This document shows, in pieces, positions 1 to 11,396 of a stretch of DNA of 64,000 bases. The notes under the pieces were generated by a model that was not told the DNA's origin, did no database searches, and was given only the letters and a program-made list of their open reading frames with translations. The position numbers and the translations under genes are program-made. Position 1 is the stretch's first letter. Each line of letters opens with the position of its first letter. Source of the stretch: Squalus acanthias (taxonomy: Eukaryota); NCBI GenBank assembly GCA_030390025.1, contig CM059438.1, positions 70,062,001 through 70,126,000 on the forward strand. The letters are read 5' to 3'.

Positions 1-387
1 AAACATATTTTTAAATCACGCTTTTAAAATAAGCAAATAAAAATGCTTCTGTGACTTCTCATTGAAGCTGGCATTCTTCCTGTGTGAATATATGGGATGC
101 CAAAAGATAATCACTACAGTCCTGATGTTCAATCCTTGCATGGATTGTCTTTTGGCTGCCATGGCAGTTTAACGAATGTAAAATCTAAATCTGTTACTCT
201 GGGACTGAAAACTACATGTGGATAAAATATATTTCAAGAATCCAATATTTGTACCATAGGTGAACTTGACCAACTATATTGCTCATTGATTAGCTCTACG
301 GCTGTGGGGGAAGAGCTCCCATGTTTCCTATTTGTAATAAAATTGTAAATCCTTTTACATCTATCTATATATGAATCTCTCTAAATA

Positions 388-1890
388 TCATAGAATCGTA
401 GAAATTTACAGCACAGAGGGAGGCCATTCGGCCCATCTTGTCCGTGCCGGCCGACAAAGAGTTATCCAGCCTAATCCCACTTTCCAGCCCTTGGTCCGTA
501 TCCTTGTAGGTTACGGCACTTCAAGTGCATAACCAAGTACTTTTTAAATGTGATGAGAGTTTCTGCCTCTACCACCCTTTCAGGCAGCGAGTTCCAGACC
601 CCCACCACCCTCTGGGTGAAAAAATTTCTCCTCAAATCCCCTCTAAACCTCCTACCAATTACTTTAAATCTAAACCCCTGGTTATCGACCCCTCTGCTAA
701 GGGAAATAGGTCCTTCCTATCCACTCTATCTAGGCCCCTCATAATTTTATACTCCTCAATTAGGTCTCCCCTCAGCCTCCTCTGTTCCAAAGAAAACAAC
801 CCCAGCCTATCCAATTTTTCCTCATAGCTAAAATTCCGCAGCCCAGGCAACATCCTCGTAAATCTCCTCTGCACCCTCTCTAGTGCAATCACATCCTTCC
901 TGTAACGTGGTGACCAGAACTATACGCAGTATTCTAGCTGCGGCCTAACTAGTGTTTTATACAGTTCAAACATAACCTCCCTGCTCTTATATTATATGCC
1001 TCGGCTAATAAAGGCAAGTATCCCGTATGCCTTCTTAACCACCTTATCTACCTGTCCTGCTACCTTCAGGGATCTGTGGACATGCACTCTAAGGTCCCTC
1101 TGATCCTCTGCACTTCTCAGTGTCCTACCATTTATTGTGTTATTCCCTTGCCTTGTTAGCCCTCCTTCTCCTGATTGAATTCCATTTGCCACTGTTTTGC
1201 CCCCTGACCAGTCCATTGATATCTTCCTGCAGTCTACAGCTTACTTTCTTCATTATCAACCACATAGCCAATTTTTGTATAATCTGCAAACTTCTTAATC
1301 ATACTTCCTACATTCAAGTCCAAATCATTGATATATACCACAAAAAGCAAAGGACTCAGTATTGAGCCCTGCGGAACCCCACTGGAAACAGCCTTCCAGT
1401 CACAAAAGCACCCTTCGGCCATTACCTTTTGTTTCCTGCCTCTGAGCCAATTTCGGATCCAACTTGCCACTTTGCCTCGGATCCCATGGGCTTTTACTTT
1501 CGTGACCAGTCTGGCATGCGGGACCTTATCAAAAGCCTTGCTAAAATCCACATAGACTACATCAAATGCACTACCCTCATCGACCCTCCTTTTTACCTCC
1601 TCAAAAAATTCAATCAATTTAGTCAGACACGACCTCCCCTTAACAACTCTATGCTGACTGTTCCTGATTAATCCGTGTCTTTCTAAGTGAAGATTTATCC
1701 TCTTCCTCAGAATTTATTCCAGTAATTTTCCCACCACCGAGGTTAGGCTGACTGGCCTGTAATTACTCAGTCTATCCCTTTCTCCGTTTTTAAACAACGA
1801 TACCATTAGCAGCCCTCCTGTCCTCTGGCACCACACCTGTAGCCAGAGAGGATTGGAAAATGATGGTCAGAGCCTCTGCTATTTCCTCTC
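388..1890 (-). mobile_element. CR1-type LINE, 5'-truncated and frameshifted (RT C-terminal half and 3' UTR)
   Basis: Minus-strand ORF pieces VYVDFSKAFDKVPH, GVPQGSILSPLLF, KFADYTK and LERVQRRFTRMLPG. CR1-like short-repeat 3' tail (tcatagaatcgtagaa on +) at about 388. Confidence 0.9.
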
Positions 1891-1963
1891 TGTATGTATT
1901 ATATATTTATATTATATACATTTATATCACACACACATAATATATATATAAAATGAGAGAAAG

Positions 1964-1999
<36 letters not shown>

Positions 2000-2002
2000 A
2001 TA
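1891..2002. repeat. Compound (TA)n/(CA)n/(TG)n microsatellite
   Basis: Dinucleotide runs are directly visible. Confidence 0.85.
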
Positions 2003-2329
2003 CTCTCTATTTAATCCAATCTCCAATTGACAGATTCACAGAACCAGCAAAAAATCAAGAGAACTGGACATTTGATTGTGATGCACAGACAAAACCATTT
2101 CTTCCCATTCTTGGGATGTGGTATTAATCCAATAGCCTATCTAACTGTTTGGGTGGACGTAAAAGACCCCAATGTACATTTTTTCAAAGAAGGGCAGGGA
2201 GTTTTTCAGTGTCCAGGCAAACATGTAGCCCTCAAACAGTACCACCAAAACAGATCACTTGTCATTCAACTCATTGCTATTTTGGAACATTGCTGTTTGG
2301 AAATTGGCTGCTGCATTTGTTTACAGGAC

Positions 2330-2580
2330 AAGTGTGACCATGAAGTTGCTGGATTGTTATTAAAGCCCAACTGCTTCACGAATGTTTCGTTTAGGGAAGG
2401 AAACCTGTTGTACTTACCTGGTCTGGCCTAAATGTGACTCCAGTCCCACATGCATGTGATTCACCCTTAACTGCTCTCTGAAGTGACATAGCAAGCCACT
2501 CAGTTAATGGCAAATGGGAATGGGCAATAAATGCCAGCCTTGCCTGTGATGCCCACATCCTGAGAGAGATTTTTTTTTTA
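2330..2580 (+). mobile_element. Partial SINE (MetaSINE-like core, LINE-derived tail)
   Basis: Core tttagggaaggaaacctg...ggtctggcc...gtgactccag and tail gggcaataaatgccagccttgcc...gcccacatcc, shared with the copies at 8582, 51215 and 58271. The core family name is from recollection. Confidence 0.7.
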
Positions 2581-3001
2581 AATCTTCTTTCTTTTCTTTC
2601 TTTTCCTGTCCTATGGAAAATTCTATAGGGACATGGATGCATAGATATAATAATGTATTTGTTAACATGATCATTAAATTGTTCAAAGTTGCACAGGAAT
2701 ATAGCAAGGTAGTTCTTTGCTTTCATGTAACTGTTTTCAACGACCAAACTAAGAACTTGCAGAGTCCACCCATCTATCGCTTCCAGCAGGTAGATTTGAT
2801 GTCTGGCACTCTTAGACTAGGTGTGTGTGTGTGGGGAAGCGTGGGGAGGGGGGGCGGTGGTGGTAGGGGGAATTAAGCACATCATTGCTTCTGTGACTGG
2901 ACCACAACAAAATGTATGGTTTCTTCATAAAATTCAGGCTTCATGTTCTGATAGATGTGGTGAAAGAACCAGTATGTTGAGCCAATTTGACTTCCAGGCA
3001 T

Positions 3002-3156
3002 AAAAACAGAAAATGCTGTAATTACTCAGCAGGTCAGGCAGCATCTGTGGAGAGAGAAACAGAGTTAACGTTTCAGGTCGATGACCCTTCGTCAGAACCA
3101 TATTTCCAGCATTTTCTGTTTTTATTTCAGACTTCCAGCATCCGCAGTATTTTGCT
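3002..3156. mobile_element. Short Penelope-like insertion: inverted pseudo-LTR plus 3' tail, with 16-bp TSD
   Basis: TTTGACTTCCAGGCAT duplicated at 2986-3001 and 3157-3172. The sequence matches the 3' end of the PLE at 10040-10175; the first part is inverted and the second part is sense. Confidence 0.85.
3063..3099 (-). ncRNA. Minimal type I hammerhead ribozyme motif (PLE family A)
   Basis: Minus strand reads ggtt-CTGACGA-a-gggtc(atc)gacct-GAAA-CG-TT-aact. Core intact, stems I and II pair, palindromic ACGT stem III. Confidence 0.75.
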
Positions 3157-4477
3157 TTTGACTTCCAGGCATGTCTTTTGACTTTTAAGTCTCTTGTGGT
3201 GGCATTCTTTTGTTGCAGATTGCTATTCAGGACTGTACAATCTTGGATGTCTTCCAGCAGCATCCTTCTTGTTGTGTTTGTGGAATAAAAACTGACTAAG
3301 TCCAATTAGGTCCATGCGCAAGTTGTCCGTCAACACATTGCTGAGATGCTTGGTAAGGTTACAAGAAGGGACGCCCGAATCATCAAGTGTGACACATTGG
3401 ATTCTGCTTGTGCGGGAAACTGGTTTCTAACAGTAACTGCCTTGGAAGCCAAAGTGCTGACTTTTCTGTTACCAACAATACAAAATAATTACCATGAGGT
3501 ACAATGCTAACTGTTCGTTCTGGAGAGCTAATGACAAGATGGATGATTTAAATCTGTTTCCAGACCTATTTTCTCACTTAACCATCTCCTTATCAAAGGG
3601 CTCACTGTTAGCTGCGCTTGCTGGGAGAGAATAATAATTACTTCATGCCTGTTTTGCTGCCTGCGGTTTTATGACTCTCCTTTGTGAACTTCAAAGCTTA
3701 TGTTTGTTTGCAGTACATCATTAGCAGTCAGCACTTGTGTTGGCATGTGTTATTATTGAAATTGCTTAATCTTCCTTATGGGTTAATAGACACTGTGTAA
3801 CGCTGGGATCAATTTTCATTTATGGCACAGGTTAGGCAGGCAGTCGGTGGGGCGTCTGATCTGCCCACCCGATGAACGTGGGAGATCCGTCGATTTTGGT
3901 GATCGGGCCGCATTCAGATATGAGTGGCGGGCTGCCAGCACAGTTTGAACACTGACTGGCAGCTCGCCAGTTGATGGGGGCAGTCCGGTAGCTCGTCGGC
4001 TGAGTGGAGTGGGCAGTAATCCATTCAAGAGGATGCAGGCGAGCGTGGAGGGGCGTCACGCAAAGGTCCAGAAATAGCCAGAGCGGTTTGCATGCTCCTC
4101 CTTGCCCCACAAAACCTGATAAAAGAACCTAGCTGGAATGCATTCAGAGCTGCCTTCAGTGGTCCAGTGCCAATTAGGCTGCTCTATGTTGAGTGGTACT
4201 GAGAGGTGGTCTTACACAGCCTGTCCCCCTACCCATCAGAACACTAAAATTGCACTGGGGCCTATGTAGACCTGGATGCCTATTTCCTCTCCAGCTCCAA
4301 AATTGTGGTGGGCTGGACATCAGCTGGAATGGGGCCATAAGTACTGTTCGGTGATTTCGGTCTCGCTACCGCCCCATTCCCACCGAAAAACAGGGCGATA
4401 ACGAGATTAAAATCAACTTCGCTTAGTTTAATGTTCATGCAGCACTGGCCAGTCTTCATTTGAATATGTTTTGTAAG

Positions 4478-6974
4478 TAGGGTTGCGAAGGGGTGGAAAG
4501 TTTCCGGTAAATTTCCGGAAATTTTCCACGGGAAGTTCAGCTTGGGAATTTTGGGAATTTTGCCCAAAAAAGCACATACTAGCATAATATTGTTTTTTTT
4601 GTATTTCTTTCTTTTTTTTCACAGGTCCTCTCTTAAAATTACTAACAGAGATGGAATCTTAATTATTAAGCAGTTTCTTAATCAATATATGTTTATCTTC
4701 TTACTTGGCTTGTTCTCATAATTACAAGTTTTGTGTGTGACTGTGAACAAATGTGTCCTGATTGGTTGGATGAGTGGATGAGCGATTAGCTCCCTCTATT
4801 GGTGATGTAGCGTCGTGCGTGCACAGGTCATGCTTCCATCACATGGAGCATCAGGAAAAATTTACTCACCCTGTTGCAATCGTGCTGATCGACCGCAGTT
4901 TGACACAGAGATGAATGCCCTTTATTTCTCTGCATAGAACAATGCCACGATTACCGTTGGATGTGTGGAAGCATTTTACCCCAGGCATTAAAGATGGAAA
5001 GACTGTGTACATGTGCAAACACTGTACAAAGCCATATGTAAAGAATGCCACAAAGATGCAGCAGCATTTATCCAAATGCAACAACTTCACTCAAAGCTCA
5101 CAGCAGTCAGCCCAGAGTTCCTCTGCTTCCATTCAAGAAGATGATGGTTCACATTCAGCATCAGGCTCCTTATCATCAGCAACTCCTGGCCCACTTGGAA
5201 GGTTCTTTGATACAATGGATAACCATAGCCAGAAGAATGCAGATGAGTGCCTTGCTCGAGCTGTATATGCGACAGGCTCACCCCTCATGCTCACAGCCAG
5301 TGTGTACTTGAAGAGATTTTTCAATGTTATTCGCCCTGCATACTGTCCTCCCACCAGACATGCTTTGTCTACTTATTTGCTGGAGGCTGAGTATAACAGA
5401 GTCCAAGAAAAGCTCAAAGAAACGATAGAGATGGCAGACTGTGTTGCAGTTATCTCAGATGGGTGGTCAAATGTACGAGGGGAGGGCATCATAAACTACA
5501 TCGTCTCCACTCCTCTCCCAGTGTTCTTCAAGAGCACAGACATGAAGGACAACAGACACACAGGCACATACATTGCTGATGAGCTGATAGCGAACATCAA
5601 CGATCTTGAATCACAAAAGGTCTTTGCAGTAGTTACTGACAATGCTGCGAATATGAAGGCTGCTTGGGCTCAAGTGGAGGAGGTCTACCCTCATATTACG
5701 TCTATTGGGTGCGCAGCTCATGGGCTCAACCTGCTCCTCAAGGACATCATGGGTTTGAGAACCATGGAAACACTGTACAAGAGAGCCAAGTAAGTTGTTA
5801 AGTATGTCAGGGGAAAACAGGTAGTTGCAGCAACCTACAACTCCAAGCAAACGACAAAGAACAAGAACACCACACTGAAGCTGCCCAGCAACACTAGATG
5901 GGGTGGCGTTGTCATAATGTACAACAGCCTTCTGGAGGGTAAGGAGTCGCTGCAAGAAATGGCAATATCCCAGTCTGGGGATATGGAAACCACCATCAAG
6001 AAAATACTGCTGGATGATGTGTTTTGGGAGAGAGTGGTTAGCAGCCTTAAACTACTCTCACCAGTAGCATCTGCAATTGCTCAGATTGAAGGAGATGACG
6101 CTGTCTTGTCAGATGTTCTCAGGCTTTTTGCTGATTTAAAAGAACAAATCAGCATTGCCCTACCCACATCCCTGCTGCTCAAAGCGGAGGAGAAGGCAAT
6201 TGTTCAATTCATACAGACGCGTCAAGAATTTTGTGTCAAGCCGATTCATGCTGCAGCATACATGCTGGACCCAAAGCATGTTGGGAGACCAATACTTTCT
6301 GGAGAACAGATCAACAGTGCTTACAATATGATTTCTACCCTCTCATGCCACCTCAATCTGGACGTGGGCAAAGTTCTGGGAAGTCTGGCAAAGTTCTCTA
6401 CCAAGCAAGGTCTTTGGAATGGGGACGGGATATGGGAATCATGCAAGCCTATCAGTGCACATACCTGGTGGAAGGGACTTTGTGCATCTGAGGCCCTGTC
6501 ACCCATTGCATCAGTGATAATCCAAATCCCACCTTCATCAGCGGCCTCTGAACGAAACTGGTCACTTTTTGGGAATACTGATTAACGAGAGTGGAGAAAC
6601 TGGTGGCTATCCGGGCAAACCTACAACTTATTGAGCCAGATACAGAAGTGTCCACCACACAGCTAGACAGTGACACAGAGGAGGAAATGGACACGTGAGA
6701 GCCAGAGTCAAAGAATCAGGAGGAACAATGATGAGTAGAAGACTCAGAAGACTCATGAATAGAAGACTCAAAGGGACAAAATAAGGACAAATTACAGGCT
6801 AAATAAGCTGTTTTTATTTGTATGGAAGAGTATGTCTATTTTGATGACAAAGATAATATAAGGGTCAGAGACAAAAACCATCAGTGTGCAAAAAAACTCA
6901 AAATTCTCATAAATTCCTGAAAATTCCCATGGAATGTTTCCTCTTTTACAAATTCCCGGAATTTTGCAACCCTA
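4478..6974 (+). mobile_element. Full-length hAT DNA transposon (2497 bp)
   Basis: TIRs TAGGGTTGCgAA and reverse-complemented TAGGGTTGCaAA. Perfect 8-bp TSD TTTGTAAG at 4470-4477 and 6975-6982. Subterminal GGAAA/TTTCC-type repeats at both ends. Internal transposase. Confidence 0.95.
4942..6698 (+). pseudogene. hAT transposase (BED zinc finger, DDE domain, hAT dimerization domain) with two visible lesions
   Basis: Motifs VWKHF..CKHC..QHL..C (BED), ISDGWSN, VVTDNAANM, CAAHGLNLL, TRWG and PPSSAASERNWS. One in-frame TAA at 5791-5793, after which the same frame continues into ORF 5917..6585. A small frameshifting deletion near 6580 is followed by TRVEKLVAIRANL... ending at TGA 6696-6698. Confidence 0.92.
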
Positions 6975-7732
6975 TTTGTAAGAATTAAAAATTTCAATAA
7001 ACAAGCTTAAGAAAGTTGGATTGAATGTTGAAGGCCACCTTCAATTACTTTTGAGCATTCTTGAGCACTTGTAGGTCTTACCCATGTTACAGACTAATGA
7101 ATGGATTGAAGACCAAATATTAGGTCTGTGTGCAGTCCACACTAAATAAAAGTTGATGATTCACTCAGAGGTAATATAGACAGTTTCAGTATGTCGGAGG
7201 TCAGCTCCTAGCATTAGTATTCTACAATTGATGCTGTACCTACACCTACTGTGGAAGAAAAGTCCATATTTGAGAGCGTAGCAAGTTTGTTGGTGATGGA
7301 AGACTGGGTATTCATTTGTCCAACTTGACAATTAGTTACAGTCCCCATATAATAGTTGTGCTTAAGACCCAAGGTATTAAGATACTGATAAATGGAAGCA
7401 ATGTCTGATCAGTTTTTTTACTGAATTGTCTTTGCTGGTACCATTTTGATATTTAATCAGGTCATTAACGTTATTAGAGAGCTCCAAAGTAAAGTGTAGT
7501 AGGGGTATTTTGCAATGTTGTGCTGCCACGGTGAGTGTCTCCTACAAGAGCACAATTCAGAAATTGGAGTAGCCACTGCCCACTAGTTTTGCACTATTGA
7601 AAGTGTATGCACAAATTTCCAATCTTTGTTCCGTGGGCGCTAATTCAGAAAATTACCCCTTAGATGTCATAAAAATCAGCAAGTGCTGCAAACACTCAGC
7701 AGGTCAGGCAGCATCTGTGGAGAGAGAAACAG

Positions 7733-7769
7733 AGTTAACGTTTCAGGTCGATGACCTTTCATCAGAACT
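7733..7769 (-). ncRNA. Minimal type I hammerhead ribozyme motif, intact core
   Basis: Minus strand reads agtt-CTGATGA-a-aggtc(atc)gacct-GAAA-CG-TT-aact. Confidence 0.8.
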
Positions 7770-7962
7770 GGAGAGACAAACGGAACTCCTGTTGGGGACA
7801 TGAACGGAACTTCTTCAAACTGGGCAAACCTGGAAGAGAAGTGGCAGTGACTTAAACACGAAAACAAACGCAGAATACTGCGGATGCTGGAAATCTGAAA
7901 TAGCAACTGGAAATGCTGGAAACACTCAGCAGGTCAGGCGGCATCTGTTGAGAGAGAAGTAG

Positions 7963-7999
7963 AGTTATCGTTTCAGGTTGATGACCTTCCATCAGAACT
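7963..7999 (-). ncRNA. Degenerate hammerhead motif (second unit of the tandem insert)
   Basis: Minus strand reads agtt-CTGATGG-a-aggtc(atc)aacct-GAAA-CG-AT-aact, with substitutions in the core and in stem II. Confidence 0.6.
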
Positions 8000-8275
8000 G
8001 CCTTAGATGTCATGTTCCTCCTCTGGCTGTATTCAGTGTTCGAACAGCAAAGAACAAAATTGAAGCAGGCCTCAACTCTCACCATCAATGTCGGCGTAGC
8101 TATCTCCAGTTGAAACCCGGCAATTTAATTCAATGGACTCGTAATTCTAAAAGGTAACAGATAACAGTGTTTACACAGTACAGACAAAGCTATTTCTATT
8201 TTAATCAGTGTCATTTCAGCTCCTTCATCCATATCTGCAAATTGCACTGGATATTTCAAAACAACTGCTGATTAT

Positions 8276-10175
8276 GTCCTATCTATGCCTGCCTTTTCAT
8301 GGGATATGTGGAACATTCTTTTTTCCAGTTCTACTCAGGTCCCCTCCCTCACCTCTTTTTCCAGTACATTGATGACTGTATCAGTGCCGTTTCTTGCTCT
8401 TGCTTCAAACTGGAAAATTTCAGCAACTTTGCCTCCAATTTCTACCCTTCCCTTGCCTTCACGTGGTGCATCTCCGACTCTTCCCTTCCTCGACTTTTCT
8501 ATCTCCATTTCTGGCGATAGGGTGTCGACCAATATCTACTATAAGCCCACCGACTCCCACAGCTAACTTCATTACACTTCCTTTTTTTTATTCATTCACG
8601 GGATGTGGGCGTTGCTGTCGAGGCCAACATTTATTGCCCATCCCTAATTGCCCTTGAGAAGTTGGTGATGAGCCGCCTTCTTGAATACAACTGAGTGGCA
8701 GAGGGCAGTTAAGTTGCTGTGGGTCTGGAGTCGCGTATAGGCCAGTCCGGGTAAGGAAGACAGATTTCCGTCCCGAAAGGACATTAGTGAACTAGATGGG
8801 TTTTTACGACAATCCGGTAGTTTCATGGTCACCTGATACTAGCTTTTTATTCCAGAGCTGCCGTGGTGGGATTTGAACTCATGTCTTTGGATCATTCGTC
8901 CAGGCCTCTGGATTACGAGTCCAGTAACATAACCACTATGCTACCATACCCGTATTCCCATATCCGTACCCGTATCCCACCCCGCTTCCTGTAAGGACTC
9001 TATTCCATTCTCCCAATTTCTCTGTCTCCGTTGTATCTATTCTGATGATGCCACCTTCCATACCAGTGCTTCCGATATGTCTTCCTTTTTCCTCAACCGA
9101 GGATTCCCCTTCGCCATGGTTGACAGAGCCCTCAACCGTGTCCGTTTCATTTCCCGCACTTCTGCTATCACCTCTTCCCCTCCCTCTCAGAACCACAAAA
9201 AGGTTTCCCTTGTCCTCACCTGCCACTTCACCAGCCTCCATATTCAACGGATCATTTTCCACCACCTCCAGCATGCTGCCATCACCAAACGCATCTTCCC
9301 CTCCCCTTTTAGCATTCCGAAGGGACCGTTCCCTCCGCGACACCCTGCTCCACTCTTCAATCACCCCCAACACCCCCTTCACTTCCCACGGTACCATCCA
9401 TGCAAGCACAGGAGATACAACACCTGCCCTTTTACCTCCTCCCTTCCTCCTTCCAGGTGAAGCAGCGATTTGCTTGTACTTCTTTCAATTTAGTGTACTG
9501 TAGTCGCTGCTCACGAAGAGGTCTCCTCTACATTGGGGAGACCAAATGCAGATTGGATGATCGCTTTGTGGAACACCTCCGTTCAGTCCGCAAATGTGAC
9601 CCTGAGCTTCTGATCGCTTGTCATTTTAATCTCCCCTCCAGTCCCACTCTGACCTCTCTGTCATTGGCCTCTTACACTGTTCTAATGAAGTTCAACGGAA
9701 ACTCAAGGAACAGCGCCTCATCTTTCGATTAGGCATTTTACAGCCTTCGGGACTCAATGTTGAGTTCAACAATTTTAGATCATAACCACCACTCCCATTT
9801 CTTTAGGCAGCAGTTGTTGGTAATGATTCTGCTATTGCCATTTACACCCCTTCTAGACCCATTTTTTTTTTACTTGTCTCATTACCATCATAATGGTGGC
9901 CTTGCACCACCATAGCTTTTGTCATTTAATCTCTCCTTCCTTCCACCCTATCACAGACCTTTCCTTTTGTTCTTTCCTCCCCTCCCCCCTTTCCCTGTCT
10001 CTGTACTTGCTTAAATGCTGTTGCATCTCTTAACTTTTCTCAGTTCCGGTGAAAGGTCATTGACCTGCAACGTTAACTTTTGTTTCTCTCTCCACAGATG
10101 CTGCCTGACCCGCTGAGTATTTCCAACATTTTCTGTTTTTATTCCAGATTTCCAGCATCCACAGTGTTTTGCTTT
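8276..10175 (+). mobile_element. Penelope-like retroelement family A (RT C-terminus, GIY-YIG endonuclease, 3' pseudo-LTR), decayed
   Basis: Motifs QYIDDC, IYYKPTDSH and LVYC..LYIGETKCRLDDRFVEH. TSD TGCTGATTAT at 8266-8275 and 10176-10185. Mutated HHR (CCGGTGA...GCAA) at 10042-10078. Confidence 0.9.
8582..8974 (-). mobile_element. tRNA-derived SINE (MetaSINE-like core) nested in the PLE
   Basis: tRNA-like head on the minus strand (ggtagcatagtggttatg...gagttcaaatccc). Tail shared with the LINEs at 37972 and 55398. Interrupts the PLE sequence between cacttcc and tcccacccc. Confidence 0.85.
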
Positions 10176-10549
10176 TGCTGATTATATCTTGCTCTCAATG
10201 TAGCTAAATAGAAATGTATTTTCAGTTGAAGAACTGATGACGAATTGAGCAATACATATTGTTGCACAAAGCAACATGACACTGTGCTTGGAATAAAAAT
10301 GGCTGAGAACACTGCAGGATCCATAATAAATTTTACATTTCTGAATACCTCGGCATATGGGTGTGCAGACGTACTGCTTCCAGCTCTTTCCCCATACAGA
10401 CCTGGTTGACTTTTCCTTATTTTTCTTCCTGCCTGATGCAGAAGCATTTATATACCGCCTTTCATAACTTCCATAACATAACAGCCAATGAAGTACTTTT
10501 GAAGTACTGTGTTCACCGCATCTCAGGAAGAATATATTGGCCTTACAGC

Positions 10550-11396
10550 GCAGATTCACCAGAGTGATAGCGGAGCTAAAAGGGCTAAATTATGAGGACA
10601 GGTTGCATAGACTATGCTTGTATTCCCTTGAGTGTCAGCCAGTGGCTCAGTTGGTACCGCTCTCGCCTCTGAGTCAGAAGGTTACGGGTTCAAGTCCCAC
10701 TCCAGAGACTTGAGCACAAAAATCTAAGCTGACACTCCAGTGCAGTACTGAGGGAGTGCTGCACTGTCGGAGGTGCTGACTTTCGGATGAGACGTTAAAA
10801 CCGAAGCCCCATCTGTTCTCTCTCAGGTGGACGTAAAAGATCCCATGGCACTATTTCGAAGAAGAGCAGGGGAGTTATCCCCGGTGTCCTGGCCAATATT
10901 CATCCCTCAATCAACATAACAAAAACAGATTATCTGGTCATTATCACATTGCTGACTGTGGGAGCTTGCTGAGTGCAAATTGGCTGCCGCATTTCCTACA
11001 TTACAACAGTGACTACACTTCAAAATTACTTCATTGGCTGTAAAGTGCTTTGGGATGTCTGGTGGTTGTGAAAGACGCTATATAAATGCAAGTCTTCCTT
11101 TCTTTCTTGAGTATCGAAGATTAAAGGAGTGATATAATTGAGGTCTTTAAGATAATTGAAGGATTTGATAGGGTCGATAGAGAAAATCTATTTCTTCTGG
11201 TGAGGGAGTCCAGAACAAGGGGAAACAATCTTAAAATTAGAGCTCGGCAGTTATGGGGTATGTCAGGAAGCACTTCTTCACACTAAGGGTAATGGAAATC
11301 TGGAACATTTTCCCCCAAAAAGCTGTTGAGGTTAGGTCAATTGAAAATGTCAAAACTGAAATTGATAAACTTTTGTTAGGCGAGGGTATTAAGGGT
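10550..11396 (+). mobile_element. CR1 LINE 3' fragment interrupted by a SINE
   Basis: RFTRVI..LKGLNYEDRLHRL before the SINE; ..RKHFFTLRVMEIWN..PQKAVE after it. Confidence 0.8.
10634..11105 (+). mobile_element. Full-length DeuSINE (SacSINE1-like) with L2-type tail, 7-bp TSD
   Basis: tRNA head with A box (tggctcagttgg) and B box (ggttcaagtccc). Deu-like core tttcggatgagacg...aaagatcccatggcac. Tail gctatataaatgcaagtc. CTTGAGT at 10627-10633 and 11106-11112. Confidence 0.88.

Larger units (their letters stand above)
7671..8000 (-). mobile_element. Non-coding tandem pseudo-LTR/HHR insert (retrozyme-like), with 13-bp TSD
   Basis: CCTTAGATGTCAT duplicated at 7658-7670 and 8001-8013. Two direct HHR-containing repeats 230 nt apart with an approximately 90-nt spacer. 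Confidence 0.85.

Noticed and set aside
3805..4417. GC-rich MITE-like segment (similar ones at about 13830-14240, 52820-53140, 53775-54335 and 63630-64000)
   Set aside because: Probably old DNA-transposon relics, but I could not verify TIRs or TSDs well enough to call them.
10042..10078. Active hammerhead at the end of PLE family A
   Set aside because: The core is mutated (CCGGTGA instead of CTGATGA; GCAA instead of GAAA).
10634..10710. tRNA gene (A and B boxes present; also near 20953, 53700, 8900 and 51500)
   Set aside because: These are SINE heads followed by SINE core and tail sequence; no complete cloverleaf is evident.
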